NCBI RefSeq assembly: GCF_963853765.1
Contig: NC_088861.1
Span: 21,484,281 to 21,548,280, forward strand
DNA: 64,000 nt
Direction: 5' to 3'
Source of the DNA: Magallana gigas
Taxonomy: Eukaryota
Shown here: piece by piece, positions 1 to 14,739 of the stretch
How positions within the stretch are numbered: position 1 is the first letter of the stretch
Layout of the letters: each line of letters begins with the position of its first letter
Position numbers and translations under genes: made by a program
The notes under the pieces: generated by a model
Seen by the model: only the letters and a program-made list of their open reading frames with translations
Databases searched by the model: none
What the model was told of the DNA's origin: nothing

Positions 1-190
1 AGATAAGTTTCCTTGAAAAACAATGCTTCAGCATACATAACATCGAATTTTTCTATCATTTTCAAGAAGTAAGTCTTGTCAGCAGTGTTGATTTGTGATT
101 AGGTCCAAACACTTTTTCACTTTCGGTTTTCGAGTAACTGCATAGGAGAGTTGATTAAAATCAACTCCTAAAATGATTCCACAGTAAGCA
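1..190 (-). repeat. Dispersed repeat R6, inverted copy of 54555-54745
   Basis: The reverse complement of 90-190 (GGAGTTGATTTTAATCAACTCTCCTATGCAGTTACTC..CCGAAAGTGAAA..GTGTTTGGACCT..CACAAATCA) matches 54560-54720 with few mismatches. Confidence 0.5.
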
Positions 191-212
191 ATATATGCCC
201 CCACTGGCTCCC

Positions 213-1320
213 TTCATTTAGAAACAATTACCGTATTTTTCGAAAATTAGGTCGATACGGTTTATTGGGCGAAGGAGGCAATTTTAGCCAAAAAATTTAA
301 AAAAGTATAAATAGGTCGACTTCGAAGAATTGGTCGAAAAATTACCGCTACTTCTAATGAATAAATGGTTTAAACCAATAACGTTATCATATAGTAGCCT
401 TTAATCTTATTTCACAGTTTTAAACAAAAGGGAAATAAAATGTATTTCTTGAAAACATCGTAAGAAAATGTCTGAAATTGCATCAAAATTTTCAAACCAA
501 TTAATTCAGTACGGCCGGTTTTAATTTAAGATCGTTTTTTATTACTTCCCTACCATGTGTACAAACTGGTGTTAACCGACGGATAGTAACCTAGCCTGGA
601 GGCATGATTACGGTAGCACATGCCACCCTGTGTCTCTGTGTGACTTTTTACTGTGTATATACACACGAGTCAACCTCTGATCTTATCGAAGCCTGCGGGC
701 ATGAGTAGCACGTGCCGAGAGTTCAACTGTGTATAAACAAAGTAAGCGCTACCCAGACTGATTTCAGAGACACCTGGCTAAAATTTCATCGAAAGTTTTA
801 TGTTGAATATACAGAAAAAAACTTGTTCATGTATTCTATTATGAAAACAAATTGGGTTTTTTTATTTCTACCCGACGATTTTTTTCCTCCATAATTACCC
901 TTTGTACGGTTCTCATTTTACTTTTACCGCGCGAAATCGATTTCCTGTTTATCGTAAGCACACGATCAAAATCATGAAAATGCATGACAGCATATAACAA
1001 TGATCGAAAGATGATTCAGTCAGTGATCTAAGTAAGAAATGTAAGAAGAAATAAATCTACTTACATTTAATTTTGTTTAAATGATAAATTACTACAGTAT
1101 ATTGATTAAAATTCATACGATTTTTACACAGATATTCAAGCAGTATAATAGTTAACACTCATGATTTTATTGGAGGGTTGCATAAATTTTTGCAAAATTT
1201 CATATCAAATTTTCCAACCAAAAAAAAACATAAATTGGTCGAAGCGATGAATAGGGAGATATCCACGTGCCAGGAAAAAAAAGTATCGACCTAATTTCCG
1301 AAAAATACGGTAATTGTTTT
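213..1320. mobile_element. Non-autonomous TIR element (MITE-like, ~1.1 kb)
   Basis: A 37-bp terminal inverted repeat AAACAATTACCGTATTTTTCGAAAATTAGGTCGATAC at 213-249 recurs as its reverse complement at 1283-1320 with 1 mismatch. The element has no long ORF. Confidence 0.6.
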
Positions 1321-2544
1321 TTAACTAAAAAAGTGAAGAGAAAATTTAGTTAAAGATTCTTATAAAAGAAATTAAGTACACATCACACCTATACGTGTAA
1401 ATTCTATGTTTATATTTTTCAATAAAATTTTCCACTTTTTACCTACATTCCATAATTTTCCTAAGGCTTCTGTTTTAATAATGGGTGTACATTTTGGAAT
1501 TTGTGTACTTTGATTATTGTCAATTTATTTCTTAGGACAACTATGATCGATATATATGATATATAGGAATTATTGTGTGAATTGTTTAAATGTCAGTTTG
1601 CTTATTATACCGTGTATTCATAAATTATTTATAATTTGTTTCAGCACTTTACCACATCAGATCTCTATATTCAATTAAGTTTACATATTGAATAGGCCTT
1701 GTGGTTATACTTGCTGTTTTTCAAACAGTATAGTCTGGAAAATGAAGTGGGGACAAAATGACTGAAAAACCATGATTAAAGCAAAACAAGTAACAACAAC
1801 CCCCCCCCTTCCCCATTTCTTGACAACGCAAGTACACATAATTAATGGCAGGGTATGCATTAACTACCGGTACACAAAATAATTTGAAAAAGGGCATTAG
1901 TTGCAAAAATTCATCAGATCAAAACTTCCTGCAAATATGTAATCTATTCCTTTGTTTTGAACAAAAACAAATTCTAAATTCAAACATGCCAAAATTCCAA
2001 GAAAAACAATGGAATAGGAATTTTCTGGTAATATGAAGATTTACATATTGTGTCCTAAAAAGGTTTTTCAAAATGCTGTGCAGTGGTTTAAGGTTCTCCG
2101 ATCCTCAGGTACCAAAAATTGAAAGTGTAAATTTTAAAGCAAATGACATTTTACAGTCTCATATACTAATGATTATAATAATAAACTAGAAAACTGACCA
2201 GTCAGGAAGGGCCCCGCTATGACAATTAATATAGAGAAGTGAAAAAAACTTTGAATTCCATCCTCATTATATTAACAATGATGAAAAATAAATGCCCGGC
2301 ATAAGATGTAAAGAACTGCAATATATATAAGGTGGTAAAAAAAAAATATGAAAATTATAAGTAACAACTGTATTTTTAAAATTTCAAGATAATTCCTGAA
2401 TGTCCAAAAACTCTAAATAGTAACCTTGTATCTGCATAAAACAGGGATAACCTCATGTCTTATAAAAAAAAACTAAATTAACTGTGTATTTAAAAAAGAT
2501 TTAAACAGGTGTTTTATAAAATGCAAGCCTTCAGTGAATGCAAA

Positions 2545-3135
2545 TACATTGTATCACCCAGGGTTGACCTCAACTTCAAAACAGACATCAGTTGCAGACA
2601 AAGGTGTTCATTAATCTTCATATGACAGATAGAGATAAGCCTCTAAATTTTCTGCAGCAGGCAAGATAATTAATCCCAGGGGATTAATTGTTCTGCTCTC
2701 TCATCCTTTTCTTCTAAATTTACAATAAGACTTTTTTTTCAGAAATGACAGAATGGGGTTATTATCTGATTACCTGTTAAAACTAACAGCATAAAGGCAG
2801 AAAAAAATAAAATTAATAATTAAAAAATAAAATAGTGAACAAGGATATCTTAATATATATCTTGATTTTAGAATTCAATAAAATTATTATAAATCATTGT
2901 GTACGGTATTTTAACAAAAATAAAGTATGAATATTATATATTTTAAATCCATATTTCAAAGAATGTACACAATACTACACATCATTCAAAATTGACCTTA
3001 ACTTCAAAACAAAGTTCATTTGCAGACACAGGCAGTGCAGTAATTAATCTCAGTGTGACAGATAAAGGTAAAACTTAGGATTTTCTTCCTGTGGAAGGTT
3101 AATTAATCCCAAAGGACAAATATTGCACAGTCTTC
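2545..3135 (+). repeat. Two diverged direct copies (~160 bp) of a short interspersed repeat
   Basis: 2545-2700 and 2978-3135 share the blocks CAACTTCAAAACA...TCAGTTGCAGACA.AGG...TTAATCTTCA..TGACAGATA.AG...TTAATTAATCCCA at roughly 75% identity. Confidence 0.45.
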
Positions 3136-3344
3136 CAAGTATACAATGGTAACATTCTCAGCAGTTATCTCTCTTTGCCCATTCATTATTATGTATAGTT
3201 AAGGAATCTACCCCACCACCCCAGCTCCAAACCAGAAGACATAGAGAACCAAACTTAGCATCAAAATATGTATTTCTGCCTACTGTACTACCATACCAAA
3301 TTTGAACTTGATTGGGCAACCATGAAAAAAGTTATTAGAAAAAA

Positions 3345-3440
3345 AACAGAAAATTTGTGGACGGAAGAGCGACAGACGGACAGACAGAAGGACGGACAGA
3401 GTAATTACTATAGGGCACCCGCAAATCCTTGCGGGGCCCT
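3345..3440 (+). repeat. (GACR)n microsatellite plus GC hairpin module (Helentron-like 3' structure)
   Basis: GACAGACGGACAGACAGAAGGACGGACAG is followed by the palindrome GGGCACCCGCAAATCCTTGCGGGGCCC. The same microsatellite-plus-hairpin layout is seen at 12893-12990, 46295-46380 and at the 3' ends of the Helentron-like elements. Confidence 0.4.
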
Positions 3441-3896
3441 AATGAAGCATTTCTATGTATTGTTTCCATGCGTTTTTCAAAGATAATGCATTATCACCCA
3501 TATAGATTTATATAAGGAAAAAGAAGTGACTTCAAAGTTTTGCTAATTTGTATTCAGTAGAGTATCAAAGCATATGTTCATTCCACGGACATAAATATGA
3601 ATCTGATATTGTTGTTTAATTTTAGCAAAAAAATTATAAAAATCAGTCTAGAAAGAAATGTCACATGATTACACTTGACTGCTGCACATAAAAACATTAA
3701 GTAGATATGTAGATGTAAAATAAATAAATAAAAATGTGCTGTATCCAGTATTATAATCATGGAAATAAACGAAAATATATTTACATCATGTATGAGAAAG
3801 AGTTATCTTTCTTTCAAAAAGTCAACGACAGATGTAGTAATGTTCCTGCGCTTTGTTACTCTTGGTTTTCCATGAAAACATTCACTCAGTACACCA

Positions 3897-4696
3897 TCAA
3901 AGCCTCCTCTTTGGTACGTTTAACTGCAGATGATGCATTGAAAGGCCAGAGAGAGACATCCTATTCACCATGCTCTCAGGCACTGTTTTATTTGTTAGCA
4001 AGGACATCAAAGTTTGCAAGTTAGATTTAGAGTCTTCCATCTGTAGTACAACTTGCATCATATAATCCATACTGAAAGTATAGTTCAAATAATATGAATC
4101 TGTACTGTGATGTTCGACAAGTTTCTGTAGATATGTACAATCTTCAAGTGCATCATGTGCCTCGAATGTACAGCCTAGAGTTTCTAGCACAAGGGTCTCC
4201 AGAGTTGAATTTGTGGTATTACAAGATGCATGATTCTTCAACATAGGCAGAGTATCACAGAATCTAATAATGCAGTCTTGCAATGGTATATTAGTCAGAG
4301 CATTTTCTCATTGCTCTGGATAAAACAACACATCAAATTTTCTGCTGTTATGAGCAAATAGTATTGGTCTATGGATACCCAGTGTATTATTTAGCCAAGT
4401 TTAGTATTCACATCAAAAGGACCTTGGCCATTTGCACCAATGTTGTGTCTCTTCCCTGTTGGTACAATAGTCAACTCTTTGCAGCAGGTACACTCTATGT
4501 ACAATAAGCTCACAAGACCATACTGTTTTTCTTTTACACACTTTGTTAAATTTAGTGGTTTATGGCACACAACACATCCTCGCTCTAGATGATCAACCAA
4601 AACTGAAAACTCTACCATCCTTCGCCCATCAAAAATATTGGAATATGTCGATCGAGAAAGTTCTTCGCTATCATTTTTACAGTGATCCAACTCCAA
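3897..4696 (-). pseudogene. Internally deleted paralogue of the zinc-ribbon/DEDDh-exonuclease gene at 28.4-33.5 kb
   Basis: The minus-strand ORF 4391-4696 encodes ..CVVCHKPLNLTKCVKEKQYGLVSLLYIECTCCKELTIVPTGKRHNIGANGQGPFDVNTKLG, which parallels CQLCKSAHCTGEKKFGLGHMLLMRCNYCQL ... TGSRDKTIAGGIAWDVNTKLAAG of the 28.8-29.5 kb exons. The minus-strand ORF 3897-4283 encodes ..IIRFCDTLPMLKNH..LETLVLETLGCTFEAHDALEDCTYLQKLVEH, which parallels the exonuclease C-terminus IVFGFVDTLKLSKRIY..QENLVQKLLGETYNAHNAVSDVEVLQ. Everything between these two parts (about 2.5 kb of exons in the long copy) is missing. Confidence 0.6.
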
Positions 4697-4959
4697 ACCA
4701 GAATTTACATAATCTGCGTATGTCTGAGTTTCATCAATGCTGTTATTTATGTCACAGTCAGTGAAACCCTATTTTGAACCGACCTTTATTGTTTCCCTCC
4801 ATGTTGGATTGTTTACTAGTAACATATTCTCCTTTTTTGACAAAAGATTTCCAAAAAATATAAATGCTGGACTTCACGGTACGAATAAACTATTTCCGAA
4901 TATGAGAACGAGTTATCTTGCTTTGCTGAGGATTGGAAATTGTTAAAAGATGCTATGCT

Positions 4960-5160
4960 TACAAACTGTTAAATACTATAATTTTAAGTTGCAAAATGCT
5001 GAAATTCCAAGCAAAATGAATGAAAATTGATTTTCCTGGTAATATAAGATATGTACATTGTGTCCTAAATACCTACAAATTAAGTTTCATAAAATTTTCT
5101 GTAGATTACAAGAAAACAAAGACTGACGGATTGACTGACGGGTCAAAAACATATTATATC
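4960..5160 (+). repeat. Dispersed repeat family (other copies 1960-2060 and 17960-18160)
   Basis: All three copies share the motif AATGGAAT.GGAATTTTC(C)TGGTAATAT.A.AT.TACATATTGTGTCCTAAA, followed in two of them by a GACTGAC-type short microsatellite. Confidence 0.4.
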
Positions 5161-5800
5161 CCTCAAAACTTCATTGGGTGGGGTAAAAATATGGCATATA
5201 AAGTAACACATACAATAAAGTGTTTTGTGGGTATAAATACTGCATACAAAACATTAACACATATACCAAAAAGTCTTGAGTATAGAATGCAGTTTTCACA
5301 GCCAAAATTATATCATATTATATCCATTGTTTCTTACATCAAAAGAGTTCTCTGTTAAAGTGCAAAATTTGCAAAATTCACAAAAACACTAAATACTCAC
5401 AAAAATTTTCACAAAACCTGCACTCGAGTTAACAAGCAAGTATCAGAAGAAAAAAGAAATATTTACTTTCCAAATCGATCTTTAAATTCTTGAATTGCTT
5501 TTAATCGTAAGGATTCTCCTTGGTTAATGACCAATGGACTGATGATACCCTCAATCTCCTAGAAGACAAAAATAATATAACATTTAATAATCATACCTTT
5601 AAATGTATAAAAATAGAACAATCAAGAGGCCCAAAAGTCATATCTCTCACCTAAACAGCAATAAATTACTTTGACTTACTTAACTAACTAACAACTTCAG
5701 ATATTCAGTTCAAGTGGTAGTGATCATAATAAATACCGGTAGGTTAAAGGATAGATGTAAGTAAACCAATTTCTTCCCAAAACTCTAAACTCACTGATAA

Positions 5801-5950
5801 CAAGAGGCCCATGGCCCACATTGCTCACCAGAGGCGTTGACAGTCACCTGATTACCATAGCAAAACACAGGTAATCACAGATTACAAAGCTTACCAAACG
5901 AGGTATCGTTTTAACGAGGTATCACCTTTATGAGACCAACTTTATCATAT
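5801..5950 (+). mobile_element. Helentron/HINE-like 5' terminal fragment
   Basis: It begins CAAGAGGCCCATGGCCCACATTGCTCACCAGAGG, the conserved 5' terminus shared with the elements at 13463, 18570, 19212, 48134 and 50283. No matching 3' end was found nearby. Confidence 0.4.
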
Positions 5951-6039
5951 TATATGAAAATAATACCTTATGATCTTGGATACTTATGGATACTGTTTTG
6001 ACACAATATCGTATATCATGTTAAAAAATTTAATGATAA

Positions 6040-6274
6040 TCATATGTTCATTTCATACAGTATTATAAGATATAAATAAATGCTTATTAATACAATAATA
6101 TAAAATACATTATTGCATCCTATCATATTAACAATATTTATCATATAATACAATACATTACCATAAAAATAATTATGCAATATGATACAGTAACTGTAAA
6201 ATATGATATGACATTGAATCATGTAATACATTATTGTATTTGATCACATAATACAATATCATAACATAATAATT

Positions 6275-6290
<16 letters not shown>
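6040..6290. repeat. AT-rich degenerate array of ATACAATATCAT-type words
   Basis: This low-complexity block repeats (T)ATCATAT, ATACAAT and TGTATGATAC words. It is the same family as the longer block at 10690-11440. Confidence 0.5.

Positions 6291-6308
<18 letters not shown>
6278..6308. repeat. (TA)n microsatellite
   Basis: Direct read of the sequence. Confidence 0.95.
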
Positions 6309-6310
<2 letters not shown>

Positions 6311-6447
6311 AAAAATAACAGAAAGCCGATTCAAAACTCTACCGGTTTCATTATAATCTTCAGGCTCCTGAATATTTAAAAATATATACATCCGAGTAAC
6401 CGAGTACCAATTTTAGTATTCAATACTCGGACGTTCGATTGACATCC

Positions 6448-6450
<3 letters not shown>

Positions 6451-6529
<79 letters not shown>
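6451..6529. repeat. (TA)n microsatellite (~39 units), target of the TIR-element insertion
   Basis: Direct read. It abuts the element terminus at 6530. Confidence 0.95.

Positions 6530-9612
<3,083 letters not shown>

Positions 9613-9684
<72 letters not shown>
9613..9684. repeat. (TA)n microsatellite
   Basis: Direct read. Confidence 0.95.
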
Positions 9685-9687
<3 letters not shown>

Positions 9688-9860
9688 AAAGTAAAACACG
9701 GTTATAGCGAACACGCTTATAATGAATTGACGCATACAGCGAAGTGAATTTCATTCCCCAAGTCTCTATTTCATGTTGTAAACTTGACGGATATAACGAA
9801 TTACGCTTATAACGAAGTTAAATTGGCCGTCCCTGGGACTTCGTTATAAGCGTGTTTCAC

Positions 9861-9862
<2 letters not shown>
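9685..9862. mobile_element. ~180-bp MITE embedded between two TA-rich microsatellites
   Basis: Its termini AAAGTAAAACACGG..CTTATAATGAA and CTTCGTTATAAGCGTGTTTCACTG are inverted repeats. Read on the reverse strand the right end starts CAGTGAAACACGCTTATAACGAAG, a Tc1-like CAGTG start. An internal repeat of ACGCTTATAACGAA is also present. Confidence 0.5.

Positions 9863-9926
<64 letters not shown>
9861..9926. repeat. (TG)n(TA)n microsatellite
   Basis: Direct read. Confidence 0.95.
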
Positions 9927-9927
<1 letters not shown>

Positions 9928-10689
9928 CTACCATATTAAAATAATAGACTCAAATTTTTGGGCTTTAATACCGATAAATCAGAAGAGTACTGTTATTTGT
10001 TTTATATATTTCAAACATCATTGGTACTTGAAGATTGCCAATTTGTTTTTATTTTCTCTCAATCAAGCTTCGCTAATTAAAAATCAACGAAAATTCCTCA
10101 AAATTTTTTACACTCTTGGGCATGTTTCCACAATATCACATTTGCACTGATAAACTTAGAAAGGATAAAACAAATGCGTGTAAATTTTCATTGGAATTTT
10201 TTATTCTGTTCATTAAAGAAAATACGGGAGATAACTCTAACACAGTGCATTTACAGTAACTATAAAAAGTCCAGAGAGATTCGAATGTAAACATGGTGTG
10301 TAAAAAACGTTGTTGAAAAAAATGTTGAAATCTGCAATTACAAAATTAACCTTTTTGAAGAAAGATATTTACAGCTTCAAAATGGTTTGTTATGAACAAT
10401 TTGACTGTTAGTTTCAATGCAACTTTATTTTCTCCAAAATCGATTATTTTTGGAGCGAATCTGCAATCTTCTGCTACATTACAGGTACAGTGTATATGCA
10501 AGGCATTTTAACTGTGGTAAAGGCCTTTCCAAAGACACGGTTAGATTATTCCAACTTAGCAGGGTGTAGTGAAATTAATAGCATTATTGTAGGCTTCAAG
10601 CTTGGTTATGCAAATATCAACAATATATGGTGTTTTGATGTATCTATTTCGTAAATGTCCAATATCATATGCAATGTTAACCAGTGTAT

Positions 10690-11440
10690 GCACGGGTCAA
10701 AGTTTTATATATATAATTATATATATGAATGAAACAATATATTATTATATGATACAATATCATATCACATAAAACATCACAATATTGTAACATTTGATAT
10801 GATTTTGTATAAATTAATGTAGTATAATATTGTATGATACTGTATCATATTTGATACTTAATATGATATTGTATCTTATGATACAATACAATTTGATACA
10901 ACATTGTATCATATCATATGATACAATATCAAATAATATAGAAAATATTATATAATACAGTATCATATTATACATATTGAATTATAAGATACAATATAAT
11001 TACAATATCATATAATTCAATTTCATGTGATATGAAATATATTATATAAACCAAATTCATATTTTATTTTCAATATCATATAATACACTATTATGTAATT
11101 ATACAATATCATATAATAAATACAATTTCATGTAATATAATATATAATAGAAACCTATATCATACTATAAAATTTTGTATGATACAATATTATGTTATAT
11201 ACAATATGTATCATACAATACAATATTATATATAGCAATATCATGTGAAAAAAATAATTAATTAATAATACAAAAGCATAATACAATATTATACCCTATC
11301 ATAATATAAAATGCTATACATAACAATATCATGATACAATATCATATCATAAAATAACAAAAAATTTGATACAATATCATATTGTATCATACAACTTGTA
11401 CAACATAACATTTGATATTATATTGTATCATATATCTATC
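10690..11440. repeat. AT-rich array of short palindromic words (TGTATCATATGATACA-like)
   Basis: About 750 bp composed almost entirely of permutations of GATACAATATCATAT and TGTATCATATGATAC. It shares composition with 6040-6290. Confidence 0.5.
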
Positions 11441-11680
11441 TTTAACACATGTGACCTGTTCCAAAAAACTAAAGCTTATCTAGCATTCGAAACCTATAGC
11501 TCAAGTTCAGCATTCAAGCCTATCTGGTGCATCAGTATCATAAGACACATCATCCATGCAAGTTTGGTGAAGTTAGGACAAGTAATAACTAAGATATTAT
11601 CATCAGAGGGCACCTGTTTCAAAAACTTTAACCAGCTATTAAAACCATAAGCATTAGTCACAACTGGTGGCACGTGCTTC
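11440..11680 (+). repeat. Interspersed repeat R1 (related copy at 13195-13345)
   Basis: CCTATAGCTCAAGTTCAGCATTCAAGCCTATCTGGTGCATCAGTATCATAAGACACATCATCCATGCAAGTTTGGTGAAGTTAGGAC at 11490-11590 matches 13245-13345 at about 85% identity. Confidence 0.45.
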
Positions 11681-12286
11681 TACAGGTAGTCTACAGGCGG
11701 ATTTTAATAAAAAATCTTGCAAGACACGCAAGTGCATCTTACAATTTTGGAAGGACATACGCTTCCCGTAAGCATGCACGGTGGCTGTTGGACATGCACA
11801 ACAATCACCACGGTTTCCTTGCGAGATCTGAAAACACACTTGCACCTCACTCAAGGAACCTGTAAAATAACCGTATGATTTGACTTGCACAAATGACGTA
11901 AGGGGATCTCACTTGTCCCTTGCGTTACACGTACGTTAACTGCAAGTTACCTCTGCTCACCATCAACATATAAATGAAACGTACAGTAGACGTACATCAT
12001 ACTTACATCATGCATACACCATTCTGCTCGTGGTGCGTGCGAATTGCCCATACACAAGATAGATATAAAAAATGTTAATTAAACAAGAATAGAATTCCTG
12101 GGTCCCCCGCCGGTCAAGCAGTATACTAGTATACTGTATATTGGAATATTTTCAAACATTCAGGGCTGTTCCAGAATTAAATGTGTGGGGAGGTTGGGAG
12201 GAACATTTTTTTACCCCCACCACCCATTTTTTTTTCTATTTTTCCTGTCGCAAATATATCCAAAATACTACAATCTAAAAGAACTT

Positions 12287-12888
12287 GACCAAAGTATTAG
12301 TGGTATAAACATTTGGTATAAATTTAATGAAAATCCGTCAAAATTTGTAGGTATGAGAGCGCTTACCAGGTCAATTTTTGGATAAAACGGAGTCATTATT
12401 GTGGTCAAAGTCCCATAACTCCAACAAAAAGTATCGACCAATGCTGATTTTCGAACTCGACCAAAGTATTAGTGGTATAGACATTTGGTATAAATTTAAT
12501 GAAAATCCACCAAAATTTGTAGGCATGAGAGCGCTTACAAGGTCAATTTTTGGATAAAGCGGAGTCATTATTGTGATCAAAGTCCCATAACTCCAATAAA
12601 AAGTATCGACCAATGCTGATTTTCGAACTTGACCAAAGTATTAGTGGTATAAACATTTGGTATAAATTTAATGAAAATGCGTCAAAATTTGTAGGCATGA
12701 GAGCGCTTACAAGGTCAATTTTTTGATAAAACGGAGTCATTATTGTGATCAAAGTCCCATAACTCCAACAAAAAGTATCGACCAATGCTGATTTTCGAAC
12801 TTGACCAAAGTATTAGTGGTATAAACATTTGGTATAAATTTAATGAAAATGCGTCAAAATTTGTAGGCATGAGAGCGCTTACAAAAAA
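12287..12888 (+). repeat. Tandem repeat, ~172-bp unit x ~3.5
   Basis: The word GACCAAAGTATTAGTGGTATA recurs at 12287, 12456, 12631 and 12803, with units more than 90% identical. The three overlapping ~80-aa minus-strand ORFs in the track are artefacts of this array. Confidence 0.85.
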
Positions 12889-12892
12889 GTGT

Positions 12893-12990
12893 GACGGACG
12901 GACACACGGACGCACAGACGCATGGACACACGGACGCACGGACGGACGCCCGGCATTTCTATGTCCCCGCTCCGCGTTGCGGTGGGGGAC
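12893..12990 (+). repeat. (GACGGACAC)-type microsatellite plus GC-rich hairpin
   Basis: GACGGACGGACACACGGACGCACAGACGCATGGACACACGGACGCACGGACGGACGC is followed by the palindromic GTCCCCGCTCCGCGTTGCGGTGGGGGAC. Together with the upstream 172-bp array this mimics the 3' half of a Helentron-like element. Confidence 0.5.
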
Positions 12991-13194
12991 AAAAAATCTT
13001 TATAGTACGACACAAGTACAGTTCCAACGGTCGTTGCCCGTCTCGAAACAAAATTGTACATGACACCTTCGACTGGCACATCAAGCATCCGTTTGTCTTA
13101 AACTGCACTTTCAATCACTTCAACACAATTTTTCATGCTACGATCAGCCACGGGAGCCACGACTGGAAAAACCCATAGCACATGCACATTCACC

Positions 13195-13457
13195 AAACAC
13201 GTATGACCAGTTGTGACTGAGGCTTTAACCTCCTCCGGCATCCAAAACCTATGGCTCAGGTTCAGCATCCATGCTTGTCAGGTGCATCAGTATCATAAGA
13301 CACACCATCCATTCAAGTTTGGTGAAGTTAGGACCAGTAATAGCTAGAACTGTCCTAATGGGACTAATACCTCCACAAGGCTAATTTCAAAAGGGGACAA
13401 ATAATTGAATTGAATAATTAAGGTTTCGAAGATACAAATAAAAAAATTCTAGAATTG

Positions 13458-13462
<5 letters not shown>
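13195..13462 (+). repeat. Composite interspersed repeat (R1 + R2); R2 also at 34655-34790
   Basis: 13335-13462 (CTAGAACTGTCCTAATGGGACTAATACC..CAAGGCTAATTTCAAA.GGGACAAATAATT..TTCTAGAATTGTAAAA) matches 34655-34780. Confidence 0.5.
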
Positions 13463-13495
<33 letters not shown>

Positions 13496-14017
13496 GAACA
13501 ATAGGTATGATAAAATCAGCTTAATGGAGTCACAATACAAACTATCTGGACAATGTACAATAATACATGAAGATCCGGTATAAATAAAATCCATTTTTAT
13601 GGTCATATCAAATGTTGAGTATTGCAGTTCTCAAAAAGATCCTTAACAATAGTTTATATATGGGATATAAACTCTATACCTTCTTGTGAGGCCAAAGAAT
13701 TGTCCTGGGCTTAACAATTATTATCTGGCTGATTAGTTTCTGAGAAGAAGATTTTAAAGATTTACTCTATATATTCCTATGTTAAACTTCGACCCCCCAT
13801 TGTGGCCCCACCCTACACCCGGGGGTCATGATTTTTTACAACTTTGAATCTACACTACCTGAGGATGCTTTCACACAAGTTTCAGCTTACCTGGTCTTAT
13901 GGTTCTTGATAAGAAGATTTTTGAAAATTTCTCGAAAATATTCATAAATTCCTTATTATCTCCCTTTACAAAAGGGCGTGGTCCTAAATTTTCACAACTT
14001 TGAATCCCTTAGGCTAA

Positions 14018-14064
<47 letters not shown>

Positions 14065-14159
14065 GAAGATGTTGAAAATGTGAAAAGTTTACAGACGGAC
14101 AGACAGACGGATGACATACAAAATGTGATCAGAATAGAAAGCTCAGGTGAGCTAAAAAA
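13463..14159 (+). mobile_element. Helentron/HINE-like non-autonomous element b (~0.7 kb)
   Basis: Its 5' end is CAAGAGGCCCATGGGCCACATCGCTCACCTGAG. Internally it has 1-2 units of the ~160-bp satellite (..TATATATTCCTATGTTAAACTTCGACCCCCCATTGTGGCCCCACCCTACACCCGGGGGTCATGATT..) and (GACR)n at 14090-14115. Its 3' end is GATCAGAATAGAAAGCTCAGGTGAGCTAAAAAA, so CTCACCTGAG and CTCAGGTGAG form a terminal inverted motif. Confidence 0.6.
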
Positions 14160-14720
14160 GAAAATAGGTAACAAAGAAAAATTAAAATCAAAATTGTCAG
14201 AATTTCACTGTATGTATATGTATAACAGTAATACATTTACAAATATATGTATCTGATGATTTTTTTTTATTTTATTGTTTTAGACAAACCAACACAATGA
14301 GAATAATTCCACCCTTTGCAGTAAATGGAAATACCAGTAGCCAAGCAATGCTCTTCTGTTGATAAAACTTTGAACACCTTTCTAATAAGAGTCTTGACAG
14401 ATGTTTCTCCTATGGTACATTGGAACTCCATATCAGAAAATTGATCCCATAGGACTATGATTTTCTTTGATGAGCTTGTCAAATTTAATAAACTCCCAAA
14501 ACATTACCCTAAATAATTACCATACTATGTAAAAATATGTAAAAAAAAAAAAAAGTTTTAATTGACAAAAAATTTTAAAATTGCCAAAAACACTACAATC
14601 TTATCAGTAATTTTGAATTTCATTTAAATCAATGCCCCATATGGTCACTTCATCAATTTACTTGACTAATAAATTTTAAAAACTTCTAAAAATAGTTAAC
14701 TTCTTTATTAACAAGAGATG
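14160..14720 (+). repeat. Interspersed repeat R3, copy 1 (copy 2 at 35592-36180)
   Basis: A collinear match of about 560 bp starts GAAA(ATAGGTAACAAA)GAAAAATTAAAATCAAAATTGTCAGAATTTCACTGTA and runs to ..TTAACTTCTTTATTAA. Confidence 0.6.
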
Positions 14721-14739
14721 TTTGTGAAAACCATATGCC

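Noticed and set aside
12371-12939. Three overlapping ~80-aa minus-strand ORFs with near-identical proteins
   Set aside because: They are produced by the 172-bp tandem repeat being open in one frame.
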